From Octopus vulgaris (taxonomy: Eukaryota), in the NCBI GenBank assembly GCA_951406725.2, contig OX597822.1, forward strand, positions 22,940,001-23,004,000: a stretch of DNA of 64,000 bases. Direction: 5' to 3'. A program made the translations under genes and the position numbers. Of the stretch, positions 1 through 11,662 are shown piece by piece. Positions within the stretch are counted from its first letter, which is position 1, and each line of letters opens with the position of its first letter. Below the pieces are notes generated by a model, which saw only the letters and a list, made by a program, of their open reading frames with translations, had not been told where the DNA came from and made no database searches.

Positions 1-849
1 CTACACTGACTTAAGCTGCTCTCAGTAGATCTTCTTTGTTATCGTTTGGTTTGGATTTAAAAGTTAAGGTGGACTAAACCTTTTATATCCCGCCAAACAG
101 ATAACAACACCTTATGTGGATGAAGACCTTCTTTAGCCTGGGGTGCCAGTGTTTCTCCTTTCCCTACCCATTGTCTTTGGCACTTGATATTTTTACAGAA
201 AGCCCATTTCTTGTCACCAGTCACTATGTAGTCCAAAACAGGTTCATTCATGAGACATGACAGCAAAGAAGAGCACACATTCACTCTCTGCATGCGATTA
301 GACTTGGAAAGTTTGTGAGGAACCCATTGACTCAATTTGCTGACTTTTCTGATGGCACACAGGTGATGATGAATGGTTAAATGACCAAATCCAAGCTTCT
401 CTGCTAGTTTCTCAACACTTATGATAGGATTTTGTTCTACCAGAGTTTGCAGGACGTCCTTGTCAAGCTTTACAGATCTTCCAGGACGAGGCTCATCTAG
501 GCTCTAGTTTCCGGCTTAGAATTTCTGGAACCACTGTTGACACTGGCTTACACTTATTGTCTGATCCCCGTATACTGTGTTAATATTCCTTACATTTTCT
601 GTTGCATTGTTGCTTTTATTGAACTCAAAGCAAAATATGCCAAATATGCTCTTTTGTCACTTCCATAGCTTTGAAAAAAATAACTGTTAAAATCGAACTG
701 TACTCTTCAAAACTTGCACTAAGAATAAGGACAATATAAAATCACTACCTGCTTTTATAGCATGTTGATACAGGTAGTTTATCCCATTCCCCTCCGACTT
801 TTAGTTCATGCAATTGAAAAAATTACATTCTTTATGGGATGACCCAATA
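1..849 (-). mobile_element. Decayed mariner (Tc1/mariner) DNA transposon, 5' part; runs off the window start
   Basis: Minus strand from ATG at 666 reads MEVTKEHIWHIL..FNKSNNATENVRNINTVYGDQTISVSQCQQWFQKF*..DEPRPGRS..WVPHKL..IVTGDKKW with stops and frameshifts. WVPHxL and IVTGDEKW are mariner transposase motifs. A TIR-like end (TATTGGGTCATCCCATAAAG on minus) stops at TA 848-849. Confidence 0.9.
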
Positions 850-1179
850 AGATGTGTTGTTCATATCATTCTTGAAGTCATTAGGAGGTTAAATGAAATG
901 AAGTGGATCCAGCAGAGAATAAAAAAAAAAGGATTGTTGATTGAATTTATTTGCATATTAATTATTAGACTCACAAAAATGTCAGCCAAAAATTAGTTTT
1001 ATCATTGCCACTGGTGTGTATATTTAGGGTACAAGGGCCATAGAATAATGGTAAGTTGTTAAAAAGTTGTCTGTAGTGAGGGTTCAGTTCTGTATAGTGT
1101 CATTTCACTTTTTTTTTTTACTCATCTTGTCTGTGGTATCCCAGCTGTAATCAATGGTCTACCAATAATGATGGTTAAG

Positions 1180-1406
1180 TTAAACCTGTTAGCATTTAAA
1201 CCAGCCATATCTCTCCCAAATATTCTACCTGTTTTATGTTCAGACTGCCAGATCCAACCTCTCATACCTACCCTACAGTGTCATTCTGAAAATATACAAA
1301 CACATAATTGGAATCTTGAAGCTACAAGATAATGCATGGTTAATTCAAAACAATACGAATGAATAAGATATATATTTAACAAAGAAACCTGAAAGCAAAA
1401 GGGTTA
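1180..1406. mobile_element. piggyBac-like MITE (TTAA-flanked), family 1; other copies ~17954-18181, ~30190-30398, ~36039-36247
   Basis: About 210-230 bp repeat bounded by TTAAcc..ttagcatt / aatgctaaa.ggTTAA inverted ends, with the same body at four sites. Confidence 0.65.
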
Positions 1407-1520
1407 ATCAAGTTGAGTGACCTCAGTATCTTAACCCTTTGGAGACAACAGGGCCAATCTGTTGGCCAAAAAGTCAAATGATGAAAAAAATTGTATTAAT
1501 TCATTCAATTTCCTACAAGA

Positions 1521-2205
1521 ATCATCATCATCATTGTCATCATCGTTTAACGACCGTTTTCCATGCTAGCATGGGTTGGACGGTTCTACTGGGGTCTGGG
1601 AAGCCAGGAGGCTGCACCAAGCTCCAGTCTGATCTGGCAGTATTTCTACAGTTGGATGCTCTTCCTAATGCCAACCACTCCGTGAGTGTAGTGGGTGCTT
1701 TTTACATGCCTCTGGCACAGGTGCCAGGGGAGGTTGGCAATGGCCATGATCAGTTGGTGCTTTTTACATGCCACCGGCACAGAAGCCAGTCAAGGCAGCG
1801 CTGACATCGGCCACATTCGGATGGTGCTTTTTACGTGCCACTAGCACAGGTATCACAACTACAATTTCCATTTGATTTTTATTTTGATGTTGATGTACTT
1901 GACTCAGTAGGTCTCCTCAAGCGCAGCAGATCGCCCTACGATCCAAAGGTAAGCACAGTAGGCTGTCCTGCTATCCAAGGTACTTTTGATGGGCTGGGAC
2001 TGCTATGTGAAGCTGGTGCAGGAAACAGCCATGAACTCATGTTATTTGACGGCTCTTCATAGTCACAGCATATCTCCAGAGGTCTCGGTCTTTTGTCATT
2101 GCCTCTGTGAGGTCCAACATTCGAAGGTTGTGCTTGACCACCTCATCCCATGTCTTCCTGGACCTACCTCTACCCTGGATTCATTCAACTGTTTGGGAGT
2201 GGCAC
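1521..2205 (-). mobile_element. 5'-truncated RTE LINE copy (ORF end plus 3' UTR, (CAT)n tail)
   Basis: Reverse complement of the 4620-5217 segment, e.g. ccacctcatcccatgtcttcctggacctacctcta, and the tail catcatcgtttaacgaccgttttccatgctagcatggg. Confidence 0.85.
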
Positions 2206-2446
2206 TTATATAGTTTTATATATGTATAGTAATTACTTTATTACCTCCACCTTAGTGATGAGATCTTTATTCTACCTCAACAGCTATTGAGTAAAGTTAA
2301 ATTATGAATATGTGGAATTAATGCTTTCCTATTTTTCGTTTGAAATCCTAAGATAAGGAATATAGAGAAAAATATATTTTTTGTTGCATAATTTCTTTCA
2401 GAATCTTACCAGAACACGATAGAACCATTTTTGTTTTCTCTTTCAG

Positions 2447-2870
2447 CAACAGAACACAGTGATAGTTCTACCAATGTCTAGTCCTTTACTGAAAGAAAAG
2501 TTTTCTTCATTTATCGTAGTCACGTTTTGCTTGAAGTTTTTCCACATGATTCAACTACTTGTTCGGCAGTGTACTGTGGACATGTTTTTCATTGACTGGG
2601 AAAAACCAAAAAGTCACCAGAAAGAGTCCACTGTGTCTGCTTGGAGAGTCTTATTTGTTGCCAATGAATGGGTCGAAATTCAAACCTCCCGACGTATTAA
2701 CATTGTTTTTCAGCTTTTATCATTGTTGTTCCTGCTCATAGTTGTCGGCTTTGAGAATTTTGCATTCAATGATGCCAGTTCTAGCTTCACAGCCCCTGAC
2801 ACTGGTAACGTGGTTCCACAAAACCGAGTTTTCAGATTTACTCTTTCGACCACCTTGTATCTTTTGATTG
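2447..2870 (+). CDS. TMEM67: TMEM67 (meckelin/MKS3) internal coding exon, 424 nt, phase 0-1
   Basis: tttcag acceptor and G|gtaagt donor. Encodes QQNTVIVLPM...QCTVDMFFIDWEKPK...VSAWRVLFVANEWVEIQTSR, matching the meckelin FFIDWE and W-x3-FVANEW-x-EIQT motifs. Confidence 0.95.
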
Positions 2871-2982
2871 GTAAGTTACCAAAATATAATGATTTCATTT
2901 TTTTTTAACCTGCAGTTGCATTATATATTCACCATTCACACATTCAGAGAGAGAGAGAGAAACAGCAAAAGAAAGACGCACA

Positions 2983-5340
2983 CATGAGGAGGTGCTGAAA
3001 AGTTCCTGGGTTTAAGGGCATCGTAAAAGGCCTGGTTGGGGGTTAAACCTTCCGAGTTCTTTTACAGGGTTTAGAAAACAGAGGGACCAGCTATCCGAAT
3101 TGGTAGATAAAGCAATTAAGGGTATGAAGACAAGAAAAACTCCTGGCCCATCAGGAATCACTGCAGAGATGCTTAAAATATCTGGCAGTGTTGGCTGTAG
3201 TCTAGTCACCTGTATAGTCAATCAGGTGATATATGAAGGAATCTTACCCAATGGCTGGTGTAGCAGCCATTGGTATGACTATTGGTGCACCATAGTCGAC
3301 TGCTACAAAAGTAAAGGTGATGCATTAGATATGAATAATTACAGAGGTATCAAGTTGTTGGATCAGGTAATGAAAGTCACAGAGAGGATCATAGCCCAGC
3401 TAATTAGGGAGAGAGTCAGTTTAGATGAGATGCAGTTTGGGTTTGTGCCAGGGAAAAGCACCACTGATGCTATATTTCTAGTAAGAAGGCTGCAGGAGAA
3501 ATACCTAGCCAAAGATAAACCTCTGTACCTGGATTTCGTTGACATAGAGAAAGCCTTTGACAGGGTCCACCAATCCTTTATCTCGTGGTCAATGTGGAAA
3601 CTAGGGATAGATGAGTGGTTGGTGAGAGCTGTACAAGCCATGTACAGGGATACTGTCAGTAATGTGAAGGTTGGTAACAAGTATAGTGAAGAATTCTGGG
3701 TAGGGGTCCACCAAGGATCAATCCTCAGCCCCCTCTTATTCTTCATAGCCCTCCTGGCAATAACAGGGCAATTCAAGACAGAATGCCCTTGGGAGCTTCT
3801 CTATGCTGATGACCTTGCTCTAATTGCTGAGTCACTATCAGAACTAGAGAAGTTTCAGGTGTGGCAGCATGGTCTAGAATCGAAAGGCCTTAGAGTCAAT
3901 CTAGCAAAAACCCAAAGTCTTAATAAGTAGGAAGTCAGACAAACCACAAATCCCTTCAGGTAGATGGCCCTGCTCAATCTGTATAAAAGGCGTAGGTAGA
4001 AACTCCATAAAATGTACCTGGTGTATGCTATGGACACATAAGTGGTTCAGCAATATCAAAGGAAGGCTAACTGGGAAGATAGTTTTTGTGTGTGTGGCAA
4101 ATGCTCAGGTGCTATAAACACTGAAAATGTGCAGAGAACAGCTTCTGTCATATGCCAGGGGGAAAAACTAGTAGTAGTTGATAGCTTCCGTTAATTAGAG
4201 GACCAAGTCAGTAGCAGGGGTGGAGAGTGTAGCTGCTAGAATAGGAATAGTCTGGGCAAAGTTCAGAGAGCTCCTACATCTGCTGGTGACAAAGGGCCTC
4301 TCACTCAGAGTAAAAGGTAGACTGCATGACGCATGTGTGTGTGTGAACAGCCATGCTACATGGCAGTGAAACATGGGCCGTGACTGCTGAGAACATGTGT
4401 AAACCTGCAAGGAATGAAGCTAGTATGCTCTGCTGGATGTGTAATGTCAGTGTGCATACATGACAAAGTGTAAGCACCCTGAGAGAAAAGTTGGACATAA
4501 GAAGCATCACATGTGGTGTGCAAGAGAGACGTCTGCACTGGTATGGTCATGTGTTGCATATGGATGAGGACAGCTGTGTGAAAAAGTGTCACACCCTAGC
4601 TGTAGAGGGAACCTGTGGAAGAGGTAGACCCAGGAAGACCTGGGATGAGGTGGTGAAGCACAACCTTTGAACGTTGGGCCTTAAGGAGGTGATGACAAGT
4701 GATCAAGACCTTTGGAGATATGCTGTGCTTGAGAAGACCCGGCATGCCAAGTGAGACTGTAAACATGGCCTATGCCAGTGCAGCATAACCGGCCCATTTA
4801 AGAGTACCCTTCAGTCATTGGGTAATAAAATGCGCTTGCAAAGACCTGTTGAGTCAAGTGAAGTCATTGTCGTGGTTGATGACTGCTTGATTGGCACCCG
4901 TGCTGGTGGCACATAACAAGCACCATTCAAGCATGGTCAATGCTAGTGCCGCCTGACTGGCTTCCGTGTTGATGGCACATAAAAAACACTATTTGAGTGT
5001 GGTCAGTGCCAGTACCAGCTGACTGGTCCTGTGCTGGTGGCATGTAAAAAGCACCCACTACACTCTCGGAGTGGTTGGCATTAGGAAGGACATCCAGCTG
5101 TAGAAACTTTGCCAGATCAGATTGGAGCCTGGTGCAGCCTTCTAGCTTGCCAGCCCTCCCGTCAAACTGTCCAACCCATGCCAGCATGGAAAGCAGACGT
5201 TAAACGATGATAATAATGAAGGACCACAGCAATAAGTGAGTGAATCCGAGAGGGGAGAATATGTTGAAGAAAATCATAATTAACTGATCCTCCTGTATTT
5301 TCTTTTCCCAAAGCCAGGAACATTTCAGTACCCTCTCATG
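2983..5340 (+). mobile_element. Mariner-derived MITE split by an RTE insertion (arms 2983-3089 and 5218-5340); partial related copy at 43150-43316
   Basis: TIR catgaggaggtgctgaaaagttcctgg pairs with ccaggaacatttcagtaccctctcatg+TA. The body encodes a mariner C-terminal remnant (..RGEYVE). Confidence 0.8.
3090..5217 (+). mobile_element. 5'-truncated RTE-clade non-LTR retrotransposon with decayed reverse transcriptase
   Basis: ORF 3100-3930 has RT motifs KTPGPSGI, NYRGIKLL, QFGFVPGKSTTDAIF, FVDIEKAFD, GVHQGSILSPLLF and YADDL. Broken frames continue to GRGRPRKTWDEVV, then a 3' UTR and a (GAT/AAT)n tail. Near-TSD gagggacca / gaaggacca. Confidence 0.93.
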
Positions 5341-5541
5341 TATATAAATTAAGCAAAAATCTGCTGGGAGTTGCAAAGGTATGTATTTGAACAGCATAGA
5401 CAAATACAGGCATATCAAATACCGTACAACATAAATTCTTGGTTTATTAAAAATATTTCTGCAACTAAAATGTTTGATCCTTGTTGAGTTTCATGGTTTT
5501 GTGTAAAGACTGAACGGTTTGTTGAATTTACTTTTTCGTAG

Positions 5542-5750
5542 CTACTTGCCAGTGGCTGTACAAAGTTATATTCTATGAGAGGTTTATTGAAGACATCATG
5601 CAGCAGTTTATTGATCTGTGCTCTTTGAGTAACATCAGCGTCTTCATGATGGATCATCTGCTACATGGATACTATATCCATGGGCGATCTGTGCATGGCA
5701 AAGCAGATACAAACTTTCGAGGCATTCAGAAGATGATGTCTCGCGAACAG
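5542..5750 (+). CDS. TMEM67: TMEM67 coding exon, 209 nt, phase 1-0
   Basis: tcgtag acceptor and CAG|gtaagg donor. Encodes (A)TCQWLYKVIFYERFIEDIMQQFIDLCSLSNISVFMMDHLLHGYYIHGRSVHGKADTN..., the meckelin signature GYYIHGRSVHG. Confidence 0.97.
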
Positions 5751-5759
5751 GTAAGGGCG

Positions 5760-6000
5760 ATTCCTGTTTTCTCCTCTTCTCTCGCTTCCTCTCTCCTTCC
5801 TTCTCTCACTTCATTCCTCCCTCTTCCCTTCCCCCTCTCATTTCTTCCCTCCCTTTCACTTAATCCCCCTCTCCTTCCATTTCCACTATCTCCTCTTCTC
5901 TCTTACTCCCCTCTCCATTCCCTTCTCTCCTCCACTCGCTCTCCCTTGCTCTTCTAACCCCTCGCCTTGTACTCTACCCCCTATTCCACCTCACTTTCTG
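5760..6000 (+). repeat. Polypyrimidine (CT-rich) low-complexity tract
   Basis: About 240 nt of almost only C/T directly after the donor at 5750. Confidence 0.85.
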
Positions 6001-6584
6001 CAGTGACAGAAATACTTGTTAGAAATTAGAAACACTCTTGGCCTCAGCATTTTGATCCCTGCTTATTTTATAGACTCTGGAAGGAGAAGAGGCAAAGTTG
6101 TTTTGGACAAAATTTGAACTCAAAATAGAAAAGGGCATAATCAAATACCTCAAGGTTTTTTTCTACAATACTTTACCAATTCTGCCAACCATATATGTGC
6201 AAGTTTATTTAAATGTCACCCATGTTATGGAAGTATTGTGTTCCTGAAAATCTTGCTGAAAACATTGTGTTCTATAATTCAAAACCTGTTTTCCAGTGTT
6301 GGTGTGTTTATATCCCTGTAACTTAGCAGTTCAGCAAAAGAGACTGATGGAATAAGTACTAGGCATGAAAAAAAAGTACTGGGATTGATTGATTTGATTA
6401 AAAATTCTTTGAGGCAGTGCCCCAGCATGGCTACAGTCTAATGACTGAAACTAGTAAAAGATAAAAGGTATATAATTTTAGATGTGGGCCTAGCTGTGTG
6501 GTTTTGGGTTCTTTGTGCATGATATCTTGGTAAAATATCTTCTGTTGTAGTTGTCTGGTGACCTATGTCTGTGAGTAAGATATA

Positions 6585-6980
6585 ATTTTCTACTCTAGGC
6601 ACAAGGCCTGAAATTTTTGGGGAGGGGGCCAATCAATTAGATTAACCCCAGTACGCAACTTGTACTTAATTTATTGACCCCGAAAGGATGAAAGGTGAAG
6701 TCAACCGTGACAGAATTTGATCTCAGAACGTAAAGACAGACAAAATACCTATTTCTTTACTACCTACAAGGGGCTAAACACAGAGAGGACAGACAAATGG
6801 ATTAAGTTGATTATTTCGACCCCAGTGCGTTACTGGTACTTATTTAATCGACCAGTGCGTAACTGGTACTTATTTAATCGACCCTGAAAGGATGAAAGGC
6901 AAAGTCAACCTCGGCGGAATTTGAACTTACAACGTAATGGTAGACAAAATACCGCTAAGCATTTCGCCTGGTCTGCTAAT
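6585..6980 (-). mobile_element. Dimeric tRNA-derived SINE (family B); second dimer at ~35312-35695
   Basis: Two tandem copies of the core (minus strand gagttcaaattccgccgaggttgactttgcctttcatcctttc...taagtaccag) joined by a shared linker that is also seen at 35476 and 45678. Confidence 0.8.
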
Positions 6981-7401
6981 GTGAGGAAGATATAGGAGCT
7001 GGATTGCATGTGTGTGTGTGTGTGTGTAAGTGTGAATATATACCATTATGAAACACTGAGTTGCATTGCACCTTTTTGTGAAAAGATAACTTTGCTCTTT
7101 GATGTATAAAAAAAACTGATAAAATTAAATGCAAACATAAATAATTAGATGTGGACAAGGTGATCAACTAGATCCCTTGAAGATGGTGCTGAAACTTGGC
7201 CATAATCCAAGGACTGAGGCCAGTAAAAGAACAGATATTACAGATATTGAATTTTCAGGAGCGTAGGACATTAAATAGTCAAATTTTTATATTTTATTCC
7301 CCCAGAATTTAAAGGCAATGTCTACGAAAATATGCTCTAAACAGTGTAAAATATGAATGACTGATTTTTTTTAAGAAGTCTTGTTATTTACCTTCATCCA
7401 G

Positions 7402-7524
7402 AATGATCTTTGCAGTGAGCGAGGCTTGCTCCCCAATACTGAACAGCAATCCTTTGAAATGTCATTACCCAACAAATTACGAACGTGCTACGTACAGATT
7501 ATGATGCCAGTAACCTTCAAGCAG
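7402..7524 (+). CDS. TMEM67: TMEM67 coding exon, 123 nt, phase 0-0
   Basis: atccag acceptor and CAG|gtgagt donor. Encodes NDLCSERGLLPNTEQQSFEMSLPNKLRTCYVQIMMPVTFKQ, compare meckelin NLCSQRGLVPNT. Confidence 0.95.
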
Positions 7525-8200
7525 GTGAGTTCTATTTATTTATTTATAATTTAATTATTTATTTAGATATTTATTATTTTTGTCTTTGTCACAAAATGAA
7601 ATTTCTATCCAGACTATTCTTTTGAAAATTTAAGGCAGGCAGGATGTATTTACAACACACTACGCTACACTATGCTATACACGTGTGCCTGGGTGAAAAA
7701 ATAGGATGACAGACTCTGGGTATGTAGTTATATTCATTCAAAGCTGATGATTTAACTCCATTGCACCTCATAGTTTCTCATCTGGCATATGGTTGCTAGT
7801 ACACATCTTTGACAAGGGCCAAGAATGCTGAAGTGCATCTGTACACTCTGTACACACACACACACATGACAGGCTCCAGTATTCTGCAAAAACATGTCTG
7901 GTCATGGGAAATATTAACTTGCTTGGAAATAGGTGTGAGTTGGCAACAAAGACATTGTGACATAGTAATTCCATCTCAGTGAATTCCGTTTGACTCATGG
8001 AAGCATAGAAAAAGACAGTACATTAAAATGATGATGATGACACACATACTAACATACACTCTCACTCACACACACACAACTTACACATTAATAACTCACT
8101 AGCATACACACTCATGTGAACACACACATACACATAACTGTTGCATGCCAGGTCATTATAAACTGTCTTTTTTTCCATTCTGTTGTATGTTCTGTTTTAG

Positions 8201-8299
8201 GGAGGTAACCGTATGGAGAATGGTAACAATGGTCCCAGTCATGATGTTCTTCGTGCCCACGAGATAATGAATAAGTATTTGTCTTCCTTCATTGACCAC
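8201..8299 (+). CDS. TMEM67: TMEM67 coding exon, 99 nt, phase 0-0
   Basis: ttttag acceptor and CAC|gtgagt donor. Encodes GGNRMENGNNGPSHDVLRAHEIMNKYLSSFIDH, compare meckelin MNKFLGSFIDH. Confidence 0.93.
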
Positions 8300-8739
8300 G
8301 TGAGTAGAAGTGAAGTTAATTTTCTATTATTATTGCTGTTTAACCCTTTCAGACTTGGGCCCCTGTGTCTAACTTTCCACCTGGGCTTTTGAGTAAAAAA
8401 AATAAATAGTTGCATGTACAGCAAACCAATGAACAGAATAAAAAAAAAATTCTGATGAATAACAATTATAAGCCTTTCTACTACCTTAGTCAAACTAATG
8501 GACAGAATCACAAAAAAATCCAGGAAAATAATAATAATAGACGTTACTCTCAACTACTGCTTTTGTTAAGCTATCTGATGGTCAGGGTTATCAAAAAATT
8601 AAGGATAATAACAATTATAAGCTTATCTCTCAACTACCATATTTGTTAAGTAATCGTCAGAATCACAAAAAAATTTAGGAGAATAATAATAATGGGCCTC
8701 TCTCTCAACTACTGCATTTCTTCACCAGAATCATTACTT

Positions 8740-9147
8740 GGATCTTTTCGGTTTGAATGGCAGTTTTTTAAAATAATTTCCACGTAACGAAACACTTTTT
8801 AACTTTGTATACTGGTAGAATGTGTTTATAAAACATCGTTTTCTCTTGGCTTTATTGAGAAAATTCTATAGTTTGTAAGATATTTGTTGTTTTTTTCTTC
8901 AATTTCTGCAATTTCAACCAATCAATGACGTCTATTGAGGTAAAAACATTCTGTGCCGTATGAATATGTCCCTCATTTAAGAAACAGATTGGGTTTATTT
9001 ACATTTCTGAAGAAAAAAAGATACCCTTCCCCCACCCCTAACCCTAAAACAGATTGAAATGCAATAGATCGATACTAGGGTCATAATTATGGGTGACAAT
9101 TTCATATGACACCACTAGAAAAACTGCCGTTCAAACTGAAAAGATCC
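8740..9147. mobile_element. MITE with ~29-bp TIRs and 8-bp TSD, Merlin-like
   Basis: ggatcttttcggtttgaatggcagttttt ... aaaaactgccgttcaaactgaaaagatcc, flanked by cattactt (8732-8739) and cgttactt (9148-9155). GG-starting TIRs with an 8-bp TSD fit Merlin. Confidence 0.75.
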
Positions 9148-9971
9148 CGTTACTTTCCTCATAACTTCCACCAGTTTGATTGTCTGAATCACTCTCACTG
9201 CTGGTGCAAGTGTAAACTCTTCACCTGAGGAATGAATAGTGTCAGTAATTTCCTCAACTGCAAAGAGTCTTAGGCTTTGCTCATTTACGAGATGACATAC
9301 TGGTTTCATTACATGCTCGTTTCATGGCAAAACCGTCTTTTTTTCCCCCCATAAACAAAAGTAAACAACAGCTGTGGGGGACACCATTAACAATGAGTCA
9401 TAAACACACTTGACTACAAAGCTGCTGTGTGATCTGTTGTTTACTTTTAGTATTTTATTTCCTTTTTCTGCATGTGATGTTCATTACTGCTTTTGCACAA
9501 ATCCAGCAGAGATGACATTTAAACTATTCTCTTTGCAGATCAGCAAATAGACCAATCGAATTGATTGATTGATTGATTCTAGTTTCAGCTCATGAGCTGT
9601 GGCCATGCTGGGGCACTGCCATTTTGAGTAAATACCAAGCTTCAAAAAAAAAAAAAAAATAAAAATAAAAAAAAAGTCAACTAAAAATTCTTGAAGGTTT
9701 TATTTGTCCCAGCGCTGTAAGTAGAAGACACTTGCCCAAGGTGCCATACAGTGGAACTGAGCCTGGAACCATTTGGTTGGGAAGCAAGCTTCTCGGCAAG
9801 TGATCGGGTTTTAATTTATACTTAAAGCTGTTGGACTTCACATCATTTTACTAACGACCTACAAAGAGTGTATTAACATTGCACCATTTCATTTCTCTTC
9901 CATCGTTGCTGTGAGAAGAAAGTATTATGTTGGCATTGTATTGCATTTGAGTCTCTTTGTCTTTTGTTCAG

Positions 9972-10074
9972 TCTTTGAAAGATGCTGACTATTCTGTGAA
10001 AGACAAAACATTCTTGGAAAATGTGTTGAATGCCGAGTTTATTGATACATCTATTCAAGGAATATTTTACAACG
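9972..10074 (+). CDS. TMEM67: TMEM67 coding exon, 103 nt, phase 0-1
   Basis: gttcag acceptor and ACG|gtaatg donor. Encodes SLKDADYSVKDKTFLENVLNAEFIDTSIQGIFYN(D), compare meckelin DYFIKDKLLLERILGMEF...IFYND. Confidence 0.93.
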
Positions 10075-10744
10075 GTAATGTAGGATTTTCCTGTTGTTTG
10101 TCTTTGATTTAATTTTTTTTATATATTAACATTTATATATGTGAAGATGTGTAGGGTAGAGGTTATGTATGGTGTTGCACACATGATTGGTACTGGTGCC
10201 ATGTAAAAAGCACCTGTGCTGGCACCATGTACAGAGCTCCTGTGCTAGTGCCACATAAACTGCATCTGTATCGGCACTATATAAAGAGCACCTGTAACAG
10301 CATCACATAAAGAGCACCTGTGACAGTTCCACATAAAATGCACTGGTGCTGGTGCCACACAAAAAGCACCCTGTATACTCTGTAAAGTGGTTGGTGTTAG
10401 GAAGGGTATCCAGCTAGAGAAACCAAGCTAAAACAGACCATGCAACCTGGTGTGGTCCAGCCCCTATCAAACCTTCCTGCCTGTGCTAGTGTGAAAAATG
10501 AACATTAAATGATGCTGATTGGAGGTGCATTTGTTCTTGGGCAAAAGCACTTCGTTTCACATCGCTCCAGTCCACTCAGCTGTAAATTAGTAACTTTGTG
10601 ACAGAATAGCATTCTGTTCAAAGGAAATGTTGGCTTGGCTTCCTAGCCAGTAGAGTGGCATCATTTGAAAGCTACAGTAATGCAAGGAAATGCATTGTGA
10701 CTGGCGGTGTATAACAAAATCCAATAATCTGATTTGTATAACGG

Positions 10745-11476
10745 TACTCTTTACTCTCTTTTATTCTTTTGCTTGTTTCAGTCATTTGACTGTGGCCATG
10801 CTGGAGCAGCGCCTTTAATCGAGCAAATCGACCCCAGGACTTATTCTATGTATATTTATTCTATCGGTCTCTTTTGCCGAACTGCTAAGTTACGGGGATG
10901 TAAACACACCAGCATCGGTTGTCAAGCGATGTTGGGGGGACAAACACAGACACACACAAGTATATGCACACACACACACGTGTGTGTGTGTGTGTGTGTG
11001 TGTGTAAGTCCTGGGGTCGATTTGCTCGACTAAAGGCGGTGCTCCAGCATGGCCACAGTCAAATGACTGAAACAAGTAAAAGAGTAAAAGAGAGTAAAGA
11101 GTATTTATAAGCACAAGTGTGGTTGTGTGGTAAGAAGCTTACTTTCCAACCACAGTCACTGCGTGGCACCTTAGACAAGTGCCTATTGTTATAGCTTTGG
11201 GATTTGGTAGAAGGAAAGTGAAAGAAGCCTGTCATATATACATACATATATGTATGTATGTGCATGCATGTGCATCTTTGTGTCGGTGTTTTTCCCTCAT
11301 CACTGCTTGATAATCAGTGTTGGTGTGTTTACATCCTCATAACTTAGTGGTTCAGCAAAATGGAAACGACAGAATAAGTACCAGACTTAACGAAATAATA
11401 AGTACTGGGGTTGATTCAGTTGACTGGAAATTCTTCGGAACGGTACCCCAGCATGGCTGAAACAATGACTGAAACA
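10745..11476. mobile_element. Cluster of CORE-like tRNA-derived SINE copies (family C): minus partial 10745-10980, plus tail 11005-11103, plus near-full 11115-11476
   Basis: Matches the reference copy at 49891-50296 in both orientations. Confidence 0.85.
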
Positions 11477-11477
11477 A

Positions 11478-11610
11478 TCTTCTACTATAATAATACTCTT
11501 GTGTTCTTCTCTGTCACAACATATGAATGAGAAAGGAAGGGGTGATAGATGAATAAGGAAGGAAGGGGTGATGGCAAACTGGTGGTGGGAGCATTTCAAC
11601 TCTGTGTGAG

Positions 11611-11662
<52 letters not shown>

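Noticed and set aside
1028-1050. tttag...gtaagt micro-exon candidate upstream of the first TMEM67 exon
   Set aside because: It is 23 nt long, does not encode the expected meckelin WLIFFK-type segment, and has no supporting similarity.
1439-2213. Recurrent ORFs containing LQSDLAVFLQLDALPNANHS that look like a paralogous peptide family
   Set aside because: They are the antisense reading of the RTE 3' UTR repeat, and frames are not preserved among copies.
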